NCBI GenBank assembly: GCA_951406725.2
Contig: OX597816.1
Location: 125,612,001 to 125,676,000, forward strand
DNA length: 64,000 bases
Reading direction: 5' to 3'
Source: Octopus vulgaris
Taxonomy: Eukaryota
Each line of letters starts with the position of its first letter. The first letter of the stretch is position 1. Positions 15,186 to 25,415 of this stretch are shown here, piece after piece. The notes under the pieces were generated by a model. That model did not search any database and was not told the origin of the DNA. It was given only the letters and a program-made list of their open reading frames with translations. The position numbers were made by a program, and so were the translations under genes.

Positions 15186-17172
15186 CATCCTACATATTTC
15201 CTCCAGTTCTGTTTAGTTCCTTCTATCTTTCTATGGTGTGTACCCTTACATGCACATCAGTTTGATTCTGTATCTGTGTGTGTGTGCGTGTGTATGGACG
15301 TGTCTATGTGTTTTATATGTGTATTGTGTGTGTGTGTATGAGTTTGCTTACTATATTGTAAATATCGTGCCTTCTATTTACTTTTTTTTCATTTCTTTAC
15401 TTATATATTTTCTATTTTATATATTTTTCCCATTTCCTCTTAAGTATGTGTATGTGTGCCTTTTGAGTGTGCGCATATGGGTTTATGTATAATACCGTTT
15501 GTATCTGTCTTTTCCTTTCACTCATTCTGTTCAAAATTTGTACAGAAAGACGACAAAGTAATATACGGAAAGCACACACAAGACACAAATATGCTCTTCC
15601 TTCTTCAATTATCCTCCAAACATCATATCAATTTCCTGCCTTTAACAGTAAGATTGTTCATATTGGTGAACTTGATAGCAAAAAGTTGTTACGAATAAAT
15701 GAATGAACGTAGAGGACGGTGACACAAACAAACGCTAAACGACTATAGAATATGACAAGATATAACGGAAAACAACACAAGTAGTTGGTACATATAAAAC
15801 ATATACATACAAGTAAAGGCCTCAAGACTTTAAGATAGCCTGGAGACAAAACGTGTAGAAATAATGCTAATTGAAAATGATGTTCCTTACGGACTTGAAA
15901 AAGAAAGTGAAAGTTAAAACAAAAAGTAGAAAAATAGCACCAACCCAGGGCTGAAAGTAAATGCTAAGGCGAGAGCTATACAAGTAAGCAGTCAAGCACG
16001 AAAACGAAGGTTGAAAGGAGAAATGAAATAGTCACGTGGTACTGAAAAGGGAGGGGAGAGAGACAAAACAACTAAGAGCTGAGAAAAAGGTCGAGGAGGC
16101 GACGAAAACAAAATAAAGGGAGAAAGGAGGAAGATAGCAAGCAGAAAATTCAAAAGGAGATACGACAGATAGTAGGAAGAAAGAAAGGAGAATAAAGGAG
16201 GGGAGTACAGGACAAGAGAGAATGAGGGAGAATAGCAAAGGAAAAAGAGTAGGCAGAAAAAGAATGAGTGAGGTAAAGTGATGTGACAGGGAAGATAGAC
16301 AGAAAGAAAAAGGGAAGCGTGTGAAAGGGAAAGAAAAACGTCGCATTAAATATTGATATTGTTGCAAAGCCTTCGAAAAGCAAAGTTATTCTCGACAGAA
16401 TTTGAACACAATGTAAAGACGGACGAAATGCTGCTAACCATTTTGCCCGGCATGCTAACGGTTCTGCCACCTCACCACCTTCCTCGCCCTAAATATTATC
16501 ACACACACACATACACACACATATATATATATATATCTTTTCTCTACCACCATTCCCTTTTTTCTCTCCCTTTCTCTTACTCCTCCTTCTCCCTCCCGTC
16601 GCAGTCACGTGATGAGATGCCTATTTCTGTCTTTGTTCTCCGGCTTCCTCCAAGTAGAGACGGTAAATCTGTTGCTCTGCCGTTCTCAAAAAATAGCGTT
16701 CGTAAAAAAGTTTTTATCTCGTTTGGCTTAACAGCCCTTCTTGTTTGTGTTACTGTTATTCTCCGTGTCCTGTCTTTTACTGTTTATATTTTGTAATGTC
16801 GTTACTGTCCTGTTTTTGTTACCATTTTTACCCCTCCGCAAAAAAATCTCAAATTTTATTTAATTTGATTTTCGCGGGATGGAAAATTTGATTGAAGTCA
16901 TGTATCGCCTTGACCTTCGAAACGTGGAGTAGATGAAATTAAGGTGACTGAAGAAGGGGAATTTTCCTTGTTTTGTATGTCCTGTACTCTATTTTTTCGT
17001 TGTTAAAAAAATGTCCATTTCCTTGGTTTTGTGTTTATGTTTTCGTTTCTCATTGTGTTCGACGTGTTTTTTGGTGTCCTGTACCCATATATGGATGTAT
17101 ATATACAAGTAGAGGTAGGTACGTACATGTATGTATGTATATATGCATATGTTTTATTTATTTTTAATTTTT

Positions 17173-17218
<46 letters not shown>

Positions 17219-17286
17219 TATATATATACATATATATATGTATATAAAAGATTAAAAGTAAATATATATATATATATAATAAATAT

Positions 17287-17330
<44 letters not shown>

Positions 17331-17622
17331 GCTTTAGATCTATACATAGACATATATGTGGGTGTGCTATATCTTCGGTGCAAATTTTCTCTTAGTAAGG
17401 GGTTGGAAAGATTGTAAAGTAGATTCTACGTCCAGTTAATTTCAAAGTTACACTAAAAAGAGAAGAATTACTGCTGCTTTCTTTAAACTTGACTCTGGTT
17501 CGAAATTAATTAATCCAAAACCTTTTATATACAACACTTTGAGCATCTTTCACTAGCTATTTATTAAAAGTGAACTGTAACTTTTGAACAACAGAAGTAC
17601 TATTCTTTTCTATTCAAGTTAC

Positions 17623-17820
17623 AAGGCCCGAAATTTTTCTTGGGGGTGGAGCAATCGATTAGATCGATCCCAGTACGCAACTGGCATTTAATTCATCGAA
17701 TCCGAAAGGATGAAAGACAAAGTCGACCTCGGCGGAATTTGAGCTCAGAACGTAGGGGCGGACGAAATACCGCTAAGCATTTCATTCGGCGTGATAACGA
17801 TTCTGCCAGCTCACCGCCTT
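17623..17820 (-). mobile_element. SINE, third family
   Basis: Minus strand starts aaggcggtgagctggcagaatcg, has a B-box-like gagctcaaattcc and a gtcgactttgtctttcatcctttcgg core. Degenerate copies lie near 8540-8660, 13750-13920 and 16370-16460. Confidence 0.75.
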
Positions 17821-20318
17821 ACAACAGAAATATTATTGAATAGTTGTCGAAGGCTGGTAAGCAATGATTTTTCCAGTAACTGTAACTTCTAAAGTTCTAT
17901 GTAAAGAGTATGAGAATTTACACATAGTCTGCTTCTACAAAGTATCAAAAGTCCAATAGACACTTTCTGTCAACGATGGACATAATGAACATTGTATTAA
18001 CTAATTGCCATCTACATATCCCTTTGTTCCTTTGTAGAACGACTGTACTGCTTTAAAAAATTGCCCATTTAATGCTATATATTGTGAGCGGTGATGGAAT
18101 ATGTATAATATGCCTCATTTATAAATTATACAGAGCTGCCTACGTAAATGAAGCCTGTAAGACATTAACAAATGAATCATTTCGCAATCACTAAATGACT
18201 CTGGCAGGCTAAGCTGCCGAGGCATTTCAGTTTGATGCCTCGGTTGATTTCAGCACGGTATGTTATTTGATAGAAATCATTATGAGACTCGACAATAATG
18301 ATGAAATTGGTCCGATGAATAAAGAGACCACATCATCGCATAAACCGAATTTATGTAGATGGAAAGATAAAGGTGAATAATAAAACGTTCTTAATACATG
18401 CATGAAAACTTATGTAAACATTGTTCTATTTTTGTTTTGTTTTTATAATTTGAAACTAGAATACATTATAATTAATTATACTACCCTTTGTCTACGCAAA
18501 ACAGAAGAACCCAACTATAGTAGTGATTGCCTACATCGGCAATTAGTACAACAAACAGTTCGTAAGAGGGCATAAAGTGAAAAAGAACAGTCTAACGCTC
18601 GGAGAGAGAAGCGCTCACCGACATTATTGAACAATAATGTTGTATGAAGACAGATAGACAAACAGACAGAAATACAATAATAGTGCCGGATAAGGGAAGT
18701 AAGGAGTAACAAGAGAAATCAAATAATAGAAGTCCAACGGTCAAAGAGAGGAGACAATCAATACGAATTCTGGCACATTTGCAAACTGAAGAAGGAATAG
18801 TGCTAAAATTAGAAAAGAAGACAAATAAAAAAAAGTTATATGCACATATGTACATACATACACACAGACATACATACATACATACATACATACATACATA
18901 CATACATACATACATACATACATACATACATACACCAGTAGGAGCACTGAACATTAAATAACGAATCGAAGACGGGGGAAAACGATGAGAATAGATATTT
19001 ATAAAATTTAAATGACTCGTAACAAGTAAATTTTCTGTTACGTATTATGTATTCATGTGTGTATGGATGTATGCACGCACAGACACACACACACACATAT
19101 ATACATATGTATACATAAAATTAAATATATGTATGAACCGGATGCGGCAATTTTACTGGAAATATATTCCTTAGAAACGCATATGCCGCATGTTTATTGG
19201 TCGAAATACGAAGTTTAATTTATTGTTTTATAATTTATATCAAATATCAAGTAATTATAATAGGTTATTATTTTATATTTTGTATTTTATTTGAAATTAT
19301 TTTTAATAATTTTAAAGCAATATATTTCATTTTTGAAATGAAATATAATTTCATATTTTTTTTAAGTCATCTGCCATTTTATAAGAAATGAAATTGAAAT
19401 GAAATTCATCAAACTTAATCTCAACTAATTTTAAACTAATTTATTGCCGTAACTAATTTAATTAATTGCCGTAAATAGCGTAACTAATTTCTACAGACTA
19501 ATTTACTCCACGCTCTACCAACCAACACAAGCATCACTCAATAATAAATATGTGTAGCATCGTCACGGTCCTGATCATTCCAGTAATATGTATTTCTAGC
19601 AAAGAATAATTCAAGGGACTCCGACCTCAATGATTGTGTGCCCAGCATAACTTTCAAAAAGAAAGGACACTATCAATTCCGTGACGTGAATGCTTATAAC
19701 TTATAGTTCACGGCAAATAACTTTCTTAACCCAGCATCGAATTGTAAAGATTTTTCATAACCTACTAATTCAAATATCGATAAATCACTGCATCATTTTA
19801 TATTTTTCTTACAATTTTGTTCTTGACTAATATGTTCGAAAAATATCAAAATTGCAGCGCATATCCTTACTTCACTATGACTATATTTTTTTATCAAATT
19901 GTCTTTTGGCTAACATGTTTGTGTGCGTGTTTGTCTGTATGTATGCAAATATGCACATATATGTATATGATTGTGTATATATGAATGGGGATGTACATTT
20001 GTGCTTGTGCGTGTATCACGGTAGGGCGGGGTATTAGAAGAATAGTTAGAGCGTCATATATATTGCATTTCAGTGTTCTGGGTTCAATTACTACTGCGGT
20101 CAAGTTCGCCTTCTATGTCGATCTTCTGTCTCTTCTCTCACTGACGACTCTGTTTCCTCCTCACTCTCTTTCTGTTTTTTCCTGTGTACTTGTCTTGCAC
20201 TTTCTGAAAGAAATCCCTATTGTCAGACCTTGAGAGTCATAGATGCCACATGTTCCACGCAAAGATGTTAAAGAAGTGTTATATAACAACAGAGCGGTTC
20301 AACGGATGTCAAGATCAA

Positions 20319-20368
<50 letters not shown>

Positions 20369-20550
20369 TCTGAGAGTTCGAAGTCCGTATCAACACCCAA
20401 TCATTTTTAAAGCCTATAGCCTTAGATTTCAATTCACCAGTCACACTTTACTTAACACTGTTAGCAGACTCACTTTACACTGGATGTGTATGTGTGCCTG
20501 CGTGTGATTGTTGCGTGCGTGTGCGTGTGTGTGCATGTGTGTAGGTGTAA

Positions 20551-20590
<40 letters not shown>

Positions 20591-20799
20591 GCGTGTGTGT
20601 GTGTGTGAGTAGGCATGTGTTTTCATTAGGATTTCTTTTTCATTTGGAGAATTCTAGTTGGCCACTAACCAAGTGGCATGGCTGTTTTGTTTCATTTAAG
20701 CCAAAGGTTGGGAGTTAGCAGTCATCTTAATCGCTTGATGTGTGACATATAATTATATATATATAGAAAATGAAAGACGGAAGATGGAATATATGAGAA

Positions 20800-21182
20800 T
20801 CTTTATATATAAAAGAGAGGTTGTGTGCTGTCTGTCTCCTACGATTTAGATTCCTAACTACTCCCACATTTTGCGGTGCAGTTTAACCAAAACCGGGTAT
20901 CTTATAGTCGTGATTCATATCGAGCACGCGTCTACGATGAGTCTACGATTTAAAAAAAAAATTACCACCAATTTTTCCCATTTTTAATGCCTTTTTGGCA
21001 TATATAAGGGAAGTAACTCTCTAAAAATTTATTATTAAATCTCAGAACGTAAAAAGCTACAGTAACACCCCCCTCCCTTTGTGGTTAGCCATATTGAGAT
21101 GGCTATTATACTTTACATCTCTAAAAATGCTTATATAGTCATTTCCCTTACACACCCGAGCAACGCCGCGCGGTACTGCTAG
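20800..21182 (+). mobile_element. Non-autonomous Helitron
   Basis: 5' TCTTTATATATAAAAG, 3' GC-rich subterminal hairpin (cccgagcaacgccgcgcgg) followed by CTAG; inserted between A and T with no TSD. Confidence 0.7.
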
Positions 21183-21385
21183 TTATATATGAAAGAAATT
21201 TTTCTATACAGTGCTCGGGGCACTACAACAAAAAAAAAACAGGCGTACTGGTGAGAGATTTCAGGAAGCATAGAAGTTTTGAAGGATGTGTCTCGTGTAT
21301 GGTACTTTATTCATGCTTCAACAATTCTGAGTTTGTGTGTTTGTGTATGTGTGTCTGTGTGTGTGTATGTGTGTGTGTGTGCGTA

Positions 21386-21433
<48 letters not shown>

Positions 21434-22849
21434 TGTGTGTGTGTGCTCATGAATAGTTTGTATCTGAGCGCTAGATATTGGTTTTCTTCAATATACAAGT
21501 ACATATATTTCACACTTGTTACACTTTACTATACAAATCTTTGTGCTTCACGCTTATGTGTAGGTGTGTTCACGCATTTTATATCTGTATGTGGATGTGT
21601 GCATATGTCTGGATCAAGAAATTCAATATAGTGGGGGGCCCCTGGAACTGTTTACATTATTTTCAATGTTTTGTAAGGGGAAGTTAGACAGATCACTGGA
21701 GCGTTTTAGAATTTTTAACTGGACCACTGGTTGATTGCATTTGGGGAAAACAGTTTTTTTTCAATTCTTTTTGCTAGTGTGTTCTCTTCTGTTTCTAATT
21801 ATAATAATTATTCCTCTGAAGAAGGAGCTGGTTTCTAGTAAAGATACAAAGTTCCATCGCTGGAATATAGATAACAAAAACAATATAAGAGTCTAAGCTT
21901 GAGGAAAGCCTTGTATGTTTTTACTGTTCCTTTTATAGATTGTATTTGTAATGTGCGAGTTGGTTGTTTGATTTCTTTTCCTGTAAACCCTCGCTTATTG
22001 AGATTGTCGCGCATCTACTCACAAAATCAAGTGTGCCGGTTGTGTATGTACTCGTATGTATCTATGTTCTCGTATGTATAATGTATATATGCATGTATTT
22101 ATGAGTACGTGTGTGTGTATGTGTAGTTAGATAAGCTTTGTGTAAAAATCCTTGCAGGTTGGTAGGTAGGTAGATAGGTAGGTAGGTAGGTAGGTAGGTA
22201 GGTAGGTAGGTAGGTAGGTAGGTAGGTTGGTATGTAGGTAGGCATGCATGTGTGTATGCATATATGTAAATATTATGCATGCATGCATGTATGTATGCAT
22301 ACCATTATTCAGTTTATTTCAAGATTTCTTGCCATTTGAGAAAGAACGGGTTTCTATCCTAGATCCAAGGCTCCTTCATTGGAATTTCAACATCAACACC
22401 AGGATGATCTTGTATCATATGTTGACTTATTCTTATTGTGTATCGGTGAGTGTCTATAGTGATCTGTGTTATTGTTCAACTGTTACATTCGTTTTTCTGA
22501 AAAACTGTGATAACTGCGCGTAGCAGTCCTTTTTGTTATAATTCTTGTTTGAAGGAGGAATTACTATTTCTCTGTCGGGCGTTAGCCTAAATTCATTGTT
22601 ATTCTGTGGGGCATATTTGCTCATTAATTTATTCTCCGTGGGGCGTTAGCCCAAATCTTGTATTTTAAAAATGTGTGACTCAGTTGAGTCGAAAAACAAT
22701 CAGAACTTATTATTGGGTATGCCAATCTTATCGTCACCTGTGTCACCAGTGCAGCCTCCAGCTACACCAAAAGCCAATTTTACTGATGCAGCAAAGACTT
22801 CAACAAGAAAACTCAGCCCATCTCACACCACATAAACGGTAAGTCTTTT

Positions 22850-23552
22850 ATGAGTTTTCATGTTGGATGTATAAATGTGCGTGGCCTGATATCAAGCTGG
22901 AAACAAAGACATTTCCTTAACGTCATCGGGTCACATGGATTAGATGTTAGTGTTGCTAATGAAACTAGGTTGACCGGACCATGACACTTACTCCCGCTCC
23001 TGAATGGTTAAGAGAAAGTAATTCCTACATGCAATGCTGTGAGTTGGTCCTTATTAAGAAAAACATAGTTTCAGAGAAAAAGGTAACTTTTCTTGATCCA
23101 GAATGTAGGTTGGTCGTCCTTGACTTGACGTTCAACAATGGTAAGTCAATCAGGCTAGTTGCAGTTTATGCACTAGCTAGTAATGACGATAAAAGTGATT
23201 ATTTTCATGGCCTGGAGAAATGTATGGGTACGTCACACTCTCTAATGTTGATAGGAGACTTTAACAGAATCTGCAATACACGCGTAGATTGTGTTGACTC
23301 AAAACAAGATACGAGGGGTAACCCGTGCCTTAAGGATCTGCTACATCTCTTTCAGCTACCAGATCCCTACAGACTGGAATTCCTGAACGCGCCAGTGTGG
23401 TTATAGTCAAGAAGCGACGGGTCTTCCAGAACTTACGTAGATAGGTTATTCATTAGCATTAATGATAGAAACTTAGCTAAGCGTCCACAATTTCGTCATG
23501 TCAGCTATAGCGATCACAAACATGTGACCTGTAAGCTCAACATAGATAGGCT
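22850..23552 (+). pseudogene. Old Tx1/L1-clade LINE fragment: APE endonuclease domain
   Basis: GCINVRGL..NETRL..IRLVAVYA..IGDFN..YVDRLF..YSDHKHV motifs, with a frameshift and a stop. Confidence 0.85.
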
Positions 23553-23836
23553 AATTGAAAGGTTATATAACATTGAAGAAATCCATGTAAGTTGAGTTAC
23601 GCTTGAAAAGGCAGATGATGTTTGATGCAATAGAATAAAATCTTCACTTCCTTCTAAAATTTTAGTTCATCTGAAAGTAAAAGACAAACGTAAAGGCTTC
23701 TATTAAATTAGGCAGGACGAAATGGATACAAAATATTTGAATATTTTGGTGAGGATCTTCAAAATAAGGGAAATTATATGTGCTAATGGATACGGATCAA
23801 AACATAGATATATATATCTGTCTCTCTCTCTCTCTC

Positions 23837-23908
<72 letters not shown>

Positions 23909-24002
23909 TGTGTGTATGTGTATTGCATATATATATATATATATACACATACATACGTATATATATATATATATATATATTATACATATATATTAGATGT
24001 GG

Positions 24003-24095
24003 CTCCTTGGGCAATTGTTTTCTACTCTAGCCTCTGACCGACCAAAGCCTTGTGAGCAGATCTCTGGCAGACAGAAATTGGGAGAAGCATAGCGT
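24003..24095 (+). mobile_element. 5' part of SINE (family of 3873-4280), interrupted at its internal (TA)n
   Basis: ttgggcaa..tctact.tagcctc..ccgaccaaagccttgtgag matches 3950-4035. The 3' part resumes at 28383. Confidence 0.75.
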
Positions 24096-24325
24096 ATATG
24101 TACATATATATATATATATATATAACAATAATAAATCTCTGAACGAGATATAAATAGTAACCGCTCGACAACGTAAGGGGGTATTAGCCATCTGAATGTG
24201 GCTAGCCACTGGGGGGGGGGGGGTGTTACTGATGCTTTTAGCCCCAGGCGATCAACGTCACCAGAAGGACTTTAGATACTATCTCAGTGCCCTTGTGTTA
24301 TTTGCAAAGGGAGGTCATCCTCCCT

Positions 24326-24404
24326 CGAAGACCCGAGTACTACATACGGACTATAGTTTCAAGGTAATTGCCTCTCGTCAACGCATGGTAAGCACCGGTC
24401 TTCG
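24326..24404 (-). ncRNA. Type I hammerhead ribozyme (U3.G8 variant), unit 1
   Basis: Minus strand: cgaagacc.gtgct.catgcg TTGACGA gagg caatta cctt GAAAC tata GTC cgtatg.agtac.ggtcttcg. Three-segment stem I, 4-bp stem II, palindromic stem III, GUC site. Confidence 0.8.
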
Positions 24405-24677
24405 ATGAAGGAGTCCCCTTGCAAATAATATATAACGTTTTTCACAGTAACCACTGTCACTGATGTAGAAAAACTGTCTGAAAGCAATAATAAATCTCTG
24501 AACGAGATATAAACAGTAACCGCTCGACAACGTAAGGGGTATTAGCCATCTGAATGTGGCTAGCCACTGGGGGGGTGTTACTGATGCTTTTAGCCCCAGG
24601 CGATCAACGTCACCAGAAGGACTTTAGACACTATCTCAGTGCCCTTGTGTTATTTGCAAAGGGAGGTCATCCTCCCT

Positions 24678-24756
24678 CGAAGACCCGAGTACTACATACG
24701 GACTATAGTTTAAAGGTAATTGCCTCTCGTCAACGCATGGTAAGCACCGGTCTTCG
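24678..24756 (-). ncRNA. Hammerhead copy with G12->U core mutation, unit 2
   Basis: Same as unit 1 except GAAA->TAAA (position 24712). Confidence 0.7.
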
Positions 24757-25029
24757 ATGAAGGAGTCCCCGAGCAAATAATATATAACGTTTTTCACAGT
24801 AACCACTGTCACTGATGTAGAAAAACTGTCTGAAAACAATAATAAATCTCTGAACGAGATATAAACAGTAACCGCTCGACAACGTAAGGGGTATTAGCCA
24901 TCTGAATGTGGCTAGCCACTGGGGGGGTGTTACTGATGCTTTTAGCCCCAGGCGATCAACGTCACCAGAAGGACTTTAGACACTATCTCAGTGCCCTTGT
25001 GTTATTTGCAAAGGGAGGTCATCCTCCCT

Positions 25030-25108
25030 CGAAGACCCGAGTACTACATACGGACTATAGTTTAAAGGTAATTGCCTCTCGTCAACGCATGGTAAGCACC
25101 GGTCTTCG
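25030..25108 (-). ncRNA. Hammerhead copy with G12->U core mutation, unit 3
   Basis: Same as unit 2 (position 25064). Confidence 0.7.
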
Positions 25109-25207
25109 ATGAAGGAGTCCCCGAGCAAATAATATATAACGTTTTTCACAGTAACCACTGTCACTGATGTAGAAAAACTGTCTGAAAACAATAATAAATC
25201 TCTGAAC

Positions 25208-25415
25208 GGGCTAAAAGCATCAGTAACCCCCACCCCCAGTGGCTAGCCACATTCAGATGGCTAATACCCCTTACGTTGTCGAGCGGTTACTGTTTATATC
25301 TCGTTCAGAGATTTATTATTGTTTTCAGACAGTTTTTCTACATCAGTGACAGTGGTTACTGTGAAAAACGTTATATATTATTTGCAGGGAGACTCCTTCA
25401 TCGAAGACCGGTGCT
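25208..25415 (+). repeat. Inverted partial copy of the 352-bp monomer
   Basis: Reverse complement of agcaccggtc...tgaaa/acaataa...tagccc. It crosses the unit boundary and is fused directly to the LINE ORF2. Confidence 0.9.

Larger units (their letters stand above)
24125..25208 (-). repeat. Head-to-tail array of 352-bp hammerhead-bearing monomers (retrozyme-like)
   Basis: Units start at 24125, 24484, 24836 and 25188 (359, 352, 352 bp plus a 21-bp partial) and are near-identical. One minus-strand HHR motif per unit. Confidence 0.9.

Noticed and set aside
16880-16940. tgaccttcgaaacg hairpin motif
   Set aside because: Too degenerate to assign a hammerhead core.
19142-19191. Hammerhead-like fold closed by atgcggca/tgccgcat
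   Set aside because: GAAA and the stems are present, but the CUGANGA strand is unrecognisable.
24137-24182. Plus-strand hammerhead-like strings in the 352-bp unit (CTGAACGAG..CTCGACAACGTA; also CTGATGT..GAAA)
   Set aside because: They need insertions or substitutions in invariant core positions; the minus-strand motif fits far better.
24196-25112. Repeated 68-70 aa ORF MWLATGG...
   Set aside because: It recurs only because the unit is repeated, lies antisense to the ribozyme strand, and has no recognisable domain.
24125-25208. CRISPR-like array, or LINE 5' promoter monomers
   Set aside because: There are no unique spacers. The array is antisense to the LINE and joined via an inversion to a truncated EN, and the HHR explains the unit better.
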